NCBI GenBank assembly: GCA_964422035.1
Contig: CAYQZQ010000001.1
Coordinates: forward strand, 587,786 to 651,785
From: an uncultured Pseudomonadales bacterium
GTDB taxonomy: Bacteria; Patescibacteriota; Microgenomatia; UBA1400; Chazhemtobacteraceae
Reading direction: 5' to 3'
Length of the DNA stretch: 64,000 nt
The notes below the pieces were generated by a model. The model was not told the DNA's origin. It ran no database searches and was given only the letters and a program-made list of their open reading frames with translations. The first letter of the stretch is position 1, and each line of letters starts with the position of its first letter. A program made the position numbers and the translations under genes. Of the stretch, positions 1 to 8,958 are shown in pieces.

Positions 1-429
1 CGCCATCAGAAGGGTTTGTCGCGGAGTGAAGTTAGCAATAAAACGGCTGACAGGAACAGCAAAGATAAAGATAATAATTAGTAATACCGTTACAGTAAAA
101 AGCAGAGAGTTTAAAGTGGCGTTGGAAAAATTATTAGCTTCTTTTTGTCCCTTTTTTAAATAAGAGCTAAGGACAGGAATGAAGGCAGCTGACAACGCTC
201 CTACTACAATGAGTTGAAAAACTGAGTCGGGAACAACAAAAGCAGCAAAATAGACATCAAGGTGTGATTCCAGACCACCAAAAAAATGAGATGCCAAAAG
301 CCGATTTCTGATTAATCCCAATATGGCTGAGAGGAGGTATGAAAGACCGATTACAAAAGCACCCGAGAGAATGCTGTTGTGCTGGAGAGAAAATATATGT
401 TTAGAATTTTTTATGATTTTTTTGACCAC
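1..429 (-). CDS. murJ: Lipid II flippase MurJ/MviN, partial (runs off window start); GTG start inferred
   Basis: Manual translation of the reverse strand gives an open frame 'MVKKIIKNSKHIFSLQHNSILSGAFVIGLSYLLSAILGLIRNRLLASHFFGGLESHLDVYFAAFVVPDSVFQLIVVGALSAAFIPVLSSYLKKGQKE...'. It resembles the MurJ N-terminus (SRVLGFxRD...[29 protein letters not shown]). An in-frame TAA lies immediately upstream of GTG at 427-429. The gene is absent from the ORF track because it has a non-ATG start and is truncated. Confidence 0.55.
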   Translation of the reverse strand, partial: MVKKIIKNSKHIFSLQHNSILSGAFVIGLSYLLSAILGLIRNRLLASHFFGGLESHLDVYFAAFVVPDSVFQLIVVGALSAAFIPVLSSYLKKGQKEANNFSNATLNSLLFTVTVLLIIIFIFAVPVSRFIANFTPRQTLLMA

Positions 430-539
430 GGCAGCTTAAATTATATCTTTATTAGAAAGAATTTTAAAAGGAAAAGAAAAAAGGGGTTGAATTGACAAAG
501 GGTTGCTTGAGCTCAAATCTTGGTATAAAATAAACCGCT

Positions 540-791
540 ATGCCAGTATTACCACACGCAAAGAAAAAAATGCGCGTCGATGAGCGCAGGAAAAAAGTAA
601 ATAAAAAGATTCGAACAAAAGCTAAGAAGGCTATTTCTGCTTTCAGAGAAAGCCCTAGTGAAGATCTTTTAAGTAAAGCTTATTCAGCAATTGATAAAGC
701 AGCCAAAAAAAATGTCTATCATGAAGGAAAAGCTGATCGATTAAAATCTCGGCTAAACAAGCTTTTGGAAAAGAACAAGAAAAAAGACTAA
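540..791 (+). CDS. rpsT: 30S ribosomal protein S20
   Basis: 83 aa, strongly basic, Lys/Ala-rich. It has the S20-like pattern 'AKKxxRxxxxxRxxNKxxRTxxKxAI...AxxAIDKAAKKxVxHxxKAxRxKSRL'. Confidence 0.85.
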   Translation: MPVLPHAKKKMRVDERRKKVNKKIRTKAKKAISAFRESPSEDLLSKAYSAIDKAAKKNVYHEGKADRLKSRLNKLLEKNKKKD

Positions 792-800
792 AATAGAAGT

Positions 801-1358
801 GTGCCTGCCCCAAAGTCACTAAACCAGATTAACTTAGTTCCCAAAGATGAATTCGAAAAGGGTTTGTTAGGAAAGGGTGTTAAATGGGCCTTAACAGCCG
901 GTAAAACTATTGTTATCTTGACTGAATTTGTTGTTATTCTAGCTTTTTTGGTCCGATTTAAGCTGGACAGAGACTTAAATGATTTAAGTGAGCAAATTAC
1001 CCAAAAACAGTATGTTGTTGAGAATTTTTCTGACGTGGAAGAACAGATGAGAGATCTTCAGCTTCGGTTAGATCGAATTGAAGAAATTGAGCAGAAGACA
1101 ATTAATTTGTCGAGTGAGTGGGAATTATTGAAGGGTAAAATTCCAAAAAGTGTTACCTTACAGCAATTGCAGATTTCAAATGAGGAGCTAAATCTAGAAG
1201 CAGTAGCTGGATCAGAGTTAGGATTTTATAGTTTAGTAAATAATTTTAAGTCAGATGACAGATATAATGAGGTAAGTTTTTCAGAGGTTGAATTTAATCA
1301 AAGAAAAGGTGGGGTAATATTTTCATTAAAAGCTAGAAAGGAGGAGCTAGATGGCTGA
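801..1358 (+). CDS. pilN: Type IV pilus assembly protein PilN-like (fimbrial assembly; N-terminal TM plus coiled coil)
   Basis: N-terminal 'QINLVPKDE' matches the PilN 'INLLP' signature. A single TM helix (IVILTEFVVILAFLV) is followed by a coiled-coil periplasmic region. The gene overlaps the next ORF by 8 nt. Confidence 0.5.
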   Translation: MPAPKSLNQINLVPKDEFEKGLLGKGVKWALTAGKTIVILTEFVVILAFLVRFKLDRDLNDLSEQITQKQYVVENFSDVEEQMRDLQLRLDRIEEIEQKTINLSSEWELLKGKIPKSVTLQQLQISNEELNLEAVAGSELGFYSLVNNFKSDDRYNEVSFSEVEFNQRKGGVIFSLKARKEELDG

Positions 1359-2025
1359 TCAACCACAATGGAGACAATCAGCGCAAAATTACTTGCAACA
1401 AGCTCAAGAAATCTATAAAGCTCAAGAAGTGATGGTAAAAACATCCTTCAAGTTGGTCATGTCTATTTTTGCAGTAGCTTTCTTTACACTATTTGCACTG
1501 AAACCTACTTTGGGGTCAATTTCTACTTTAGTAAAAAGAATCGAGGATCAAAAAGAAGTAAGCAGAAAGCTTGATAGTAAAATTGTGCAGCTTTCTCAAG
1601 CAGAAGATGTCTTAACTTCTAGAGGCAATATGATTAGAAGCCTGGCAGAAAAAGCAATAACAGATGGCCCAAGTGTTGATAGATTGGCACAACAGATAGA
1701 AGCGATTGCTAATGATAGTGGGGTATATTTAACTTCAGCAAATATTGAGGAGGTGCCTATTTTTGGTGAAGAAGATAGTGATGAGATAATCAAAAGCTCA
1801 AAGTTTTCATATGATCCTAAGCATAAGTTTGTAACATTTAGCTTTACTGTTGGGGGTAATCAGGACGAGATTATTGAATTTTTCAAGCAGTTGGAGAATA
1901 TTGAAAGAGCAATTCTACTAGCAAGAGTAAATTTTGAAAAACCTCAAAAGAGATTGGCTGGACAGCTACCCTTATTAGTTAATGGTAAAGCCACTATTTA
2001 TTATTTGCCTGATGATAATGAATAA
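1351..2025 (+). CDS. pilO: Type IV pilus assembly protein PilO-like
   Basis: 224 aa with an N-terminal coiled coil, one TM helix (LVMSIFAVAFFTLFAL) and a C-terminal alpha/beta domain. It is translationally coupled to the pilN-like ORF, which is typical PilN-PilO gene order. Confidence 0.45.
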   Translation: MADQPQWRQSAQNYLQQAQEIYKAQEVMVKTSFKLVMSIFAVAFFTLFALKPTLGSISTLVKRIEDQKEVSRKLDSKIVQLSQAEDVLTSRGNMIRSLAEKAITDGPSVDRLAQQIEAIANDSGVYLTSANIEEVPIFGEEDSDEIIKSSKFSYDPKHKFVTFSFTVGGNQDEIIEFFKQLENIERAILLARVNFEKPQKRLAGQLPLLVNGKATIYYLPDDNE

Positions 2026-2389
2026 AGATAAGTTTTTTTCTTCTAACTCTTTGGTTATTGGAATATTTACTTTACTGGCGGTGGGAAGTTGGGTAACTTT
2101 CGATGTATACAGAGGATTAACAAAATCTACTGTACCGGATGTATTGCAAGAACAAATAAGGCCGCTTAAGACAGAATTAGATGAAGAAATTGTAAATAAT
2201 TTACGGAATAGAAGACAGTTTAGTGATCAGTTTCTATTAATGGTTGAGTCAAAGGCACTGGAAGAACAAGAGGAAGGAGAGGGGGCTGTAGAGCTGGAGT
2301 TGATTAGAGATGAAAATCAAGTAGAAGAAGGTGACCAATCAACTTCTAGTGGGGCTATTGAGTCTAGCCCGAGTGCAGAAGTTAATTAA
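1982..2389 (+). CDS. Small membrane protein, acidic C-terminus (pilus-locus associated; PilP-like role speculative)
   Basis: 135 aa with one TM helix (LVIGIFTLLAVGSWV) and a Glu-rich tail. It overlaps pilO-like by 44 nt, so the true start may be an internal Met. Confidence 0.35.
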   Translation: MVKPLFIICLMIMNKDKFFSSNSLVIGIFTLLAVGSWVTFDVYRGLTKSTVPDVLQEQIRPLKTELDEEIVNNLRNRRQFSDQFLLMVESKALEEQEEGEGAVELELIRDENQVEEGDQSTSSGAIESSPSAEVN

Positions 2390-2409
2390 AGATGTTTAAA
2401 TATGTATAG

Positions 2410-3798
2410 ATGCCAGATATTAATTTAAAAAAGATACCAACAATATTAGGTTTACTGCTACTTTTAGTAGGAGTTGGAGCTGGAGTATATCTGGTGGCAA
2501 GTAATCAAAGTCTAGATCTTTTTAGCAAAGCTGGACCAACCGCAACACCCAGACAGGTCAAGGTTTCCAATATAGAAAGTGATGGGGCTACGATTTCTTG
2601 GGTGACAGACACCAGAGTTAAAGGATTTATCAAATATGGGACCAGTAAAAATAGTTTAGACAATACAGTAGCGGATGATAGAGATCAGACAAGTGGTGAA
2701 GGTTCGCAGTATACAACTCATTATGTAAGCTTGAATAATTTACAAGCTAGTCAAGAGTATTTTTATGCCATTGGCTCAGGATCACAGGTCTATCAAAATG
2801 ACGGCCAACCTTATCAGTTTAGGACTGCTCCAACTTCAGGTGGAAAACCGGCTGCAGATACGATAAATGGAAAGATTGTTGTAGCTGATGGAGAGTCGGC
2901 TCCAGGAACTATTGTGTATGTCCAGATTCAAGGGGGGGATTTAAGATCAGCGTTAAGTAAAGAAACTGGTACATGGACTTTACCTTTGGCAACAACGAGA
3001 ACAAAAGGTCTGTCTCAGTATTTAAGTTATGATCGCCAGAAAGAAAGATTAACGATAACTGCCCAAGGAGGAGAGCTGGGCACTGCCACGGCTCAAGTTT
3101 ATAGTGGCCAAGCTTCTCCCGTACCTGATATTAAACTGGGGGAGACTCACAACTTTTTAGATGAAGCTCCCCAGCAAGTAGCTGAACCAACTCCAACATC
3201 GGCTCCAGTCCAAGAAAGTGATGGGGAAGTGGCAACTGATTCAGCAGGTTTTAAAGATTTATCAGATGAAGAATTGAGTGGTTTAGAAGAAGTTGAGTTG
3301 GTTAATCCAGGTCAAGATGGAGAGAATGTAGCAACCAGTTCTCCAGCGCTCCAAGTGAAAGGGCCTGTTGGAAAAAAAATAACTATTACAGTAGAGTCAG
3401 AACCCCAAACTGCAGAAGGAGTGATTGGAGAAGACGGCAGTTATGTTTGGACTCCTCCTGAAAACTTGGAGCCAGGAGAACATACAGTAACTATTGAGTA
3501 TGAAGATGATAATGGTATTTTGCAGACGATTAAAAGAAGTTTTACGGTCTTGGCAGCAGGAGACTCGGATGATTTACCATCAATTACAGCTACAGATTCG
3601 GCAACTCCAACCTTAACACCCACACCAACACCGATAGCAACTGAATCGGGCAGGACAACAATGCCGTCTACGGAAAGTGGTGTGCCAGATCCAGGAACAA
3701 TGACCCCAACATTGTTAGTACTTTTAAGTGGAGTCTTCTTATTTGCGACAGGGATTATCTGGCAAATTAGACTTTTAAAAGTTAAAAATATACAGTAA
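2410..3798 (+). CDS. Surface protein with fibronectin-III/purple-acid-phosphatase-N-like domain and C-terminal TM anchor
   Basis: N-terminal signal-anchor (ILGLLLLLVGVGAGVYLV). The block 'VSNIESDGATISWVTDTRVKGFIKYGTSKNSLDNTV...YTTHYVSLNNLQASQEYFYAI' is FN3/PAP-N-like. There is a Pro/Thr-rich stalk, and the C-terminus 'VPDPGTMTPTLLVLLSGVFLFATGIIWQIRLLKVKNIQ' is a motif, then hydrophobic helix, then basic tail, which looks like a sorting signal. Confidence 0.6.
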   Translation: MPDINLKKIPTILGLLLLLVGVGAGVYLVASNQSLDLFSKAGPTATPRQVKVSNIESDGATISWVTDTRVKGFIKYGTSKNSLDNTVADDRDQTSGEGSQYTTHYVSLNNLQASQEYFYAIGSGSQVYQNDGQPYQFRTAPTSGGKPAADTINGKIVVADGESAPGTIVYVQIQGGDLRSALSKETGTWTLPLATTRTKGLSQYLSYDRQKERLTITAQGGELGTATAQVYSGQASPVPDIKLGETHNFLDEAPQQVAEPTPTSAPVQESDGEVATDSAGFKDLSDEELSGLEEVELVNPGQDGENVATSSPALQVKGPVGKKITITVESEPQTAEGVIGEDGSYVWTPPENLEPGEHTVTIEYEDDNGILQTIKRSFTVLAAGDSDDLPSITATDSATPTLTPTPTPIATESGRTTMPSTESGVPDPGTMTPTLLVLLSGVFLFATGIIWQIRLLKVKNIQ

Positions 3799-3807
3799 AG
3801 TAAAGAT

Positions 3808-5250
3808 ATGAACTCGCCTGCTCAGCCAAACGATCCACAGGATAATAAGCCACAAGATCAAATAAGTGATGGTGATGGTCAAGTAGATAAAAAGCAAAGT
3901 CCCCAAGGAGACATGGAGGAGAAAATTAGACACGGAGACTTGCCCTATCAAGAAAGTGAGCAACAGGAGAAGGTGCAAGAGACAAGCGAGAAAACACAAG
4001 ACAGTCAAGTTGGTGATTACGGGTTTTTAAACGAAGCTGGGGAGAAAGAGACTCAAGAGGTGAAAGGGACTCAGGAAGAAAGTGATACTCCTCAACAGGA
4101 GAACAAGAAGCATGTGGCGATAGAAAAGCAACAACCAATCGAAAAGGAGAGTTCAGAACTTAAAACTACAGAGCCTGTTGAAAATAATGCTAAAAAACAA
4201 GAAGGAAGCAATTTGCAACAAGCGGGGTTGCCGGATTTATCTGGAAATAATATGGAAGGTTCACCTCCTCCAGGACAGATGCCTCCTCCCCCTGCAGACA
4301 ATCAAGAGCCGGAAGTAAATGATCAAGAAGAAAAAAATGAAAAGGTGGTAAAGAAGAGTGGAAAGAAAATAAGTCCGAAAGTAATTGCGGGCGTATTGGG
4401 TTTATTATTGTTGGTTGGTGGTGGTGTGGTAGCGGTTACACAGTTTACAGATTTTAGTGGTGATATAAGGCAGAGAGCTAATGAATCTCTCCATTCTTGT
4501 GTAAATAATGGTGGTCAGTGTGCCCGAAACTCTACGTGTTGTTCTGGAAACTGTGATCTGAGTGGTGGAATGCCGGGAGTTTGTAGGGCAGCAACACCTC
4601 CCCCAAACCCTTGCAATCCTACACGAGATGCTTATTGTTATAACAGCACTGGAGGAGAATGTCAGCCGGATGGAGATGGAGGATGGTATTGTACAAATCC
4701 TGGCACACCTACTCCTGCCCTAAGTCCTGGCCCAGTTTGTGGAAACGGAGATTGCGAACAAGGAGAAACAGTGAATAATTGTCCTCAAGACTGTATATCA
4801 TGTGAGAGAGATATTGGCGGAGTTTGCATGATGGTGGACGCATGTCCCTATGAATGCTGGAACGATACGGCTTCTGATTGTTCTGCCCCAGATAAAACAT
4901 GTTGTACTTGCTCAGGAGTTCCAACTTCAACCAGTGCCCCTTCTCCAACCAGTGCCCCTTCTCCTAAAGTAGGAGGAGCTTGCATGACTACTAAGATATA
5001 TACAGAGGGCCCAAGTGGGTGGGTGGAAACAAGTCCAAGTGATCTGCCAGACAGAGTGAATATTGGTGATAGGATTAGATTGGCGGTTAAGGGTGATAGT
5101 GCGGGTGTAGTTGAGGGTCGATTTAAAGTCAATAATAGTAGTTGGATTTCAACTACAACTACAAATGAAAAAGGTGAATATTTCATTGAATATACTTTGA
5201 ATGAGGGTGGTCAATATACAATTGCAGGAGAAGTTTTATATGGAAAATAA
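3808..5250 (+). CDS. Cysteine-rich membrane-anchored surface protein (acidic disordered N-terminus, one TM, multiple Cys-knot-like modules)
   Basis: About 190 aa acidic/Gln-rich N-terminus, then TM (VIAGVLGLLLLVGGGVVAVTQF), then about 40 Cys in spaced modules (CVNNGGQCARNSTCCSGNCDLSGGMPGVC; CGNGDCEQGETVNNCPQDCISC...). It ends in a Cys-free beta-rich C-terminal domain. Confidence 0.55.
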   Translation: MNSPAQPNDPQDNKPQDQISDGDGQVDKKQSPQGDMEEKIRHGDLPYQESEQQEKVQETSEKTQDSQVGDYGFLNEAGEKETQEVKGTQEESDTPQQENKKHVAIEKQQPIEKESSELKTTEPVENNAKKQEGSNLQQAGLPDLSGNNMEGSPPPGQMPPPPADNQEPEVNDQEEKNEKVVKKSGKKISPKVIAGVLGLLLLVGGGVVAVTQFTDFSGDIRQRANESLHSCVNNGGQCARNSTCCSGNCDLSGGMPGVCRAATPPPNPCNPTRDAYCYNSTGGECQPDGDGGWYCTNPGTPTPALSPGPVCGNGDCEQGETVNNCPQDCISCERDIGGVCMMVDACPYECWNDTASDCSAPDKTCCTCSGVPTSTSAPSPTSAPSPKVGGACMTTKIYTEGPSGWVETSPSDLPDRVNIGDRIRLAVKGDSAGVVEGRFKVNNSSWISTTTTNEKGEYFIEYTLNEGGQYTIAGEVLYGK

Positions 5251-5752
5251 AAAGAAAATTTTAACTGCTGTTTTAATAGTTTTGCTTTTGGCAGCTATTG
5301 GGGTTTTTGTGATAGTTATCGTTCCGAGATTAACAACGGTTGATGAGGGAGTTGCTCCTACAGCTCCAGAAAGCATGCCAGCAGCGGCAGAGTGGAAAGG
5401 TGGTCAGTCATGTCAGCTGGCTTTTACATTACCTACTGAAGCCCCTACCCCTACTCCAACTGACACCCCTACCCCAACTGACACCCCTACTCCTACTCCC
5501 ACCGATACTCCAACCCCTACTCCAACTGACACCCCTACTCCCACCGATACTCCAACTGAGATAATAACCTCAACACCAACAGAAACAGTGAACCCAACTA
5601 CAACTAAGATTGCAGAAGCGACCCCAGCTGAGACAACCACAACCACCCCAACAGCTACAGAATTACCTGAGGCGGGAATTGGATTACCAACACTGGGTGC
5701 ACTTGGGGGCGGAGTAGTGATGATTCTTTTGGGGATTTTGTTGATTCTCTAA
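5201..5752 (+). CDS. Pro-Thr repeat surface protein with N-terminal signal-anchor and C-terminal 'LPEAG'-hydrophobic segment (sortase/exosortase-type sorting signal candidate)
   Basis: TM near the N-terminus (ILTAVLIVLLLAAIGVFVIVIV). Repeats of (TPTPTD)n. The C-terminus is '...ELPEAGIGLPTLGALGGGVVMILLGILLIL'. It overlaps the upstream ORF by 50 nt. Confidence 0.5.
   Translation: MRVVNIQLQEKFYMENKKKILTAVLIVLLLAAIGVFVIVIVPRLTTVDEGVAPTAPESMPAAAEWKGGQSCQLAFTLPTEAPTPTPTDTPTPTDTPTPTPTDTPTPTPTDTPTPTDTPTEIITSTPTETVNPTTTKIAEATPAETTTTTPTATELPEAGIGLPTLGALGGGVVMILLGILLIL
5440..5567 (+). repeat. In-frame tandem nucleotide repeat encoding (T-P-T-P-T-D)n linker
   Basis: Direct repeats of roughly 18-24 nt ('actgacacccctaccccaact...') are seen in the sequence. 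Artefactual ORFs appear in the other frames and on the antisense strand. Confidence 0.8.
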
Positions 5753-5771
5753 GCTTTGTACAATAGGGTCT

Positions 5772-7037
5772 ATGAAAGTTGCAATTATTGGTGGAGGTTT
5801 TACTGGTTTGGCAGCGGCGATGTATTTGATAGATAGAGGTGTTGAAGTTGAGGTGTGGGAAGCAAATGATCGATTGGGTGGGCTAGCAAAGAGTTTTGAA
5901 GTTGAAGAATGGGATTGGAATTTGGAAAAATATTATCATCATGTTTTTGCAAATGATAGAAAAATAATTGATTTATCCCACAAGGTTGGCTGGCCAGTTT
6001 TTTTTAACAGGCCAGTAACTAATGTGTGGGCAGATGGAAAAGAAGAACAACTGGACTCGCCTATTTCACTTTTAAGCTATTCAGGGTTGAGCTGGTGGCA
6101 ACGAATACGCATGGGCGCAGGGCTGGCAAGTTTAAAGGTTATTTTTTGTAAAGAGTTAGGTCAAAAGCTTGATCAATACAAAACTAGCCAGATTTTGCCT
6201 AAGTTAATCGGCAAGAAAGCATGTCAGAAAGTGTGGGAACCTTTACTGATAGCTAAGTTTGGCAAATATGCAGATGAGGTTAATATGGCTTGGTTTTGGG
6301 CCCGAGTGGTTAAAAGAACAAGCAAGCTGGGGTATTTTGAGGGAGGATTTGGCAAATTAGCTGAAAAGATTGGTGATTATATAGAAAGCAAAGGTGGAGC
6401 AATAAGATTAAACAAGAAAGTTGAAAAGGTTGAGAGAGAGGGTAAAAAATTTGTGGTTAATGATGAAGAGTTTGACAAGGTATTGTTAACTGTTCCCTCT
6501 GGATTGGTAAATAATATTGTGGGAGAAAAAGTAATTGATTTGCCAGAAATAAACTATTTATGGGGGCAGACTCTTGTCTTGGAGATGAAGAAAAGCTTTA
6601 TTGAAAGTTATTGGTTAAATATCTTAGAAAGGAACTGGCCATTTTTGGTAGCGGTGGAACACACAAAGTTTATTGATAAAGAAAAGTACGGAGACAGTCA
6701 TGTTTTGTATTTGGGGAATTATCTTGAAGAGGATAACGAAAAACTTGATATGGAGAAGGGGGAGTTGTTGGAGTTGTTTTGGCCGTATTTGAAAAAGATT
6801 AACCCTAGTTTTGAAAAGAACTGGATAAAAAGAAGTTGGAAGTTTCAAAGTCCATACGCTCAACCAGTTTTTCCGGTCAATTATTCAGAAGAGATTCTGG
6901 ACATTAAAACTAAAATGGATGGTGTTTATATGGCAAGCATGAGCCAGGTATACCCTTGGGACAGAGGAACAAATTTTGCAGTAGACATTGGAGAAAGAGC
7001 AGCTGAGTTAATTTTGGAAGATCAAGATGATTCATGA
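5772..7037 (+). CDS. FAD/NAD(P)-binding oxidoreductase (amine-oxidase / UDP-galactopyranose-mutase-like superfamily)
   Basis: N-terminal Rossmann 'MKVAIIGGGFTGLAAAMYL...VEVWEANDRLGGLAKSF' (GxGxxG...E...GG dinucleotide motif). 421 aa. It overlaps the downstream membrane protein by 11 nt. Confidence 0.7.
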   Translation: MKVAIIGGGFTGLAAAMYLIDRGVEVEVWEANDRLGGLAKSFEVEEWDWNLEKYYHHVFANDRKIIDLSHKVGWPVFFNRPVTNVWADGKEEQLDSPISLLSYSGLSWWQRIRMGAGLASLKVIFCKELGQKLDQYKTSQILPKLIGKKACQKVWEPLLIAKFGKYADEVNMAWFWARVVKRTSKLGYFEGGFGKLAEKIGDYIESKGGAIRLNKKVEKVEREGKKFVVNDEEFDKVLLTVPSGLVNNIVGEKVIDLPEINYLWGQTLVLEMKKSFIESYWLNILERNWPFLVAVEHTKFIDKEKYGDSHVLYLGNYLEEDNEKLDMEKGELLELFWPYLKKINPSFEKNWIKRSWKFQSPYAQPVFPVNYSEEILDIKTKMDGVYMASMSQVYPWDRGTNFAVDIGERAAELILEDQDDS

Positions 7038-8958
7038 TTTAAATTGGTGGATAAATATTAGCTTAAGCCTGTTGGTGGTTCAAATAGTGATAGGTTCGTG
7101 GTGGTTAATTGGACCAGGAAAAAAATTGGTTGATGGTGGATGGGCATGGGGAAGATTGTCTGGATGGTTGTTTGTGTCCTTATTGATTTGGTGGGCTAGT
7201 CATTTGATGGCCACAAATTCATTATGGGTGGTTAGAGGGGTGATGAGTGGTTTGTTGAGTGTATTGAGCGCGATTGTTATTAAAAAAAGAAAAGAGTGGA
7301 GAGAGCAGTTTAAGAAAAAATGGAGGTTTATTTTAACGGAAGAGGTTTTGTTTTTTATTGGTTTGTTAGGAATGGGGATCGTGAGAGGATTTAAGCCAGA
7401 AATTTTAGGTCTTGAGAAATTTATGGATGCAGGATTTATTAATAGTTATTTAGAGTCGACAAGCTTGCCGGTAGAAGATATGTGGTTTGCGGGAGGGACG
7501 ATCAACTACTATAGCTTTGGTCATTTTATGGGGTCAACGATGCTTAAGTGGTGGGGTGTGGGAATTGGAGTTGGGTATAATTTGCTTTTAGCATTGTTGG
7601 CAGGGTTGATTTTCTCGGGCAGTTTTTCTGTAAGTGCTAATTTGATTAGCTTAAAGGATCAGGTTATTGAAAAGAAAGTCTTGATTGGTGGTTTTGTTTC
7701 GTCTTTGTTGGTTGTACTGGGCGGTAATAGTCATACTCTTTGGTACGGATTAAGTAACAGAGGGTGGAAAGGGTACTGGTATGCAGATGCTACTCGATTT
7801 ATTGAAAATTCTATTCATGAATTTGCAAGTTATAGCTTGGTAGTAAGTGATTTGCATGCACATTTATGGGCTTTGCCGATTGTATTGTTTTTACTCTTTT
7901 TGATGATAGGTTGGTACAAGTCGGGCAATAAGATTATTTGGGAGATAGGTTGGGGAATATTGGTGGGGGTTTTGGTGATGACAAATACTTGGGATGTAAT
8001 GGTGTATGGACTTCTTTTGTTAATATGGACGGGTTGGTTGATGATGAAGGATGAAATTGAAAGCAAGGTGGTGATAAGGGCTGGATTGGTTACTTTAGGG
8101 ATGGCAGGACTGGTTTCTATGGGGTGGTGGTTGAACTTTTCATCTATCGGCCAAGGTATAGAAGTGGTAGAAAATGGTTCGTTGTTGTGGCAAATGGCAG
8201 TGTTGTGGGGAGGGCATGGGGTTTTGACGATAATTGCAATTAGAAAGGGTTGGTTAAAAAACAATCTTTTAATAGCAAGCATGGGGATGGGAGCTTTGGT
8301 GTTAATTTTGATTCCGGAGTTGGTTTATTTGAAAGACATCTACCCTACTCACCCTAGGGCAAATACGATGTTTAAGCTGACCTATCAGGCAATGTTATGG
8401 ATGAGTTTATTGGGCGGATATGTTTTAGCTGCAGGAGAAAAAATTGAGAAGGCGGTGACGATTGTTTTAAGTATTTGCTTTTTAAGTTTTGCTTGGTTTG
8501 CGTACAGAGATTTTTATTATTTTAAAAGTTATCAGGGAATTGATGGTGAAGGGTGGATAAAACAAGAATATACAGATGACTGGAAGGGAATTGAATGGCT
8601 GAGGAAAAACATTAAAAGACGACCTGTTGTTTTAGAAGCGGTGGGAGAAAGTTATACAAAATATGCGCGAGTGTCAGTTTTTTCAGGAAAGCCTACTGTA
8701 TTGGGGTGGAGGGTGCATGAATGGTTATGGAGAGGAGGGTTTGAGAAAGTGGCAGAAAGGACTGAGGAGGTAAGAGTGATATATGAGAATACAAACAGTC
8801 AAGAAGCTGAGAATATCTTAGAGAAACACCAGGTGGAATACATATTTTGGGGGGAGAAAGAAAACGAAAAATATGATGTTGATGAAAAAGCAATAAGAGA
8901 CTTGGGAGAAGTGGTTTTTAAAAGCGGGAAAACTGAAGTGATAGAAATTACTGATTAA
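7027..8958 (+). CDS. Large polytopic membrane protein (at least 12 TM) with C-terminal soluble domain; GT-C-type glycosyltransferase or polymerase-like
   Basis: 643 aa. There are many Trp/Gly-rich TM helices across residues 1-480, then a soluble C-terminal domain of about 150 aa. It is coupled to the upstream FAD oxidoreductase and adjacent to the LCP gene. Confidence 0.55.
   Translation: MIHDLNWWINISLSLLVVQIVIGSWWLIGPGKKLVDGGWAWGRLSGWLFVSLLIWWASHLMATNSLWVVRGVMSGLLSVLSAIVIKKRKEWREQFKKKWRFILTEEVLFFIGLLGMGIVRGFKPEILGLEKFMDAGFINSYLESTSLPVEDMWFAGGTINYYSFGHFMGSTMLKWWGVGIGVGYNLLLALLAGLIFSGSFSVSANLISLKDQVIEKKVLIGGFVSSLLVVLGGNSHTLWYGLSNRGWKGYWYADATRFIENSIHEFASYSLVVSDLHAHLWALPIVLFLLFLMIGWYKSGNKIIWEIGWGILVGVLVMTNTWDVMVYGLLLLIWTGWLMMKDEIESKVVIRAGLVTLGMAGLVSMGWWLNFSSIGQGIEVVENGSLLWQMAVLWGGHGVLTIIAIRKGWLKNNLLIASMGMGALVLILIPELVYLKDIYPTHPRANTMFKLTYQAMLWMSLLGGYVLAAGEKIEKAVTIVLSICFLSFAWFAYRDFYYFKSYQGIDGEGWIKQEYTDDWKGIEWLRKNIKRRPVVLEAVGESYTKYARVSVFSGKPTVLGWRVHEWLWRGGFEKVAERTEEVRVIYENTNSQEAENILEKHQVEYIFWGEKENEKYDVDEKAIRDLGEVVFKSGKTEVIEITD

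Noticed and set aside
5340-5646. 74 aa plus-strand and 77 aa minus-strand ORFs inside the Pro-Thr repeat
   Set aside because: They are alternative-frame translations of the (TPTPTD)n tandem repeat (LLPPILQ... and VGVGVSVGV...). This is a low-complexity artefact.
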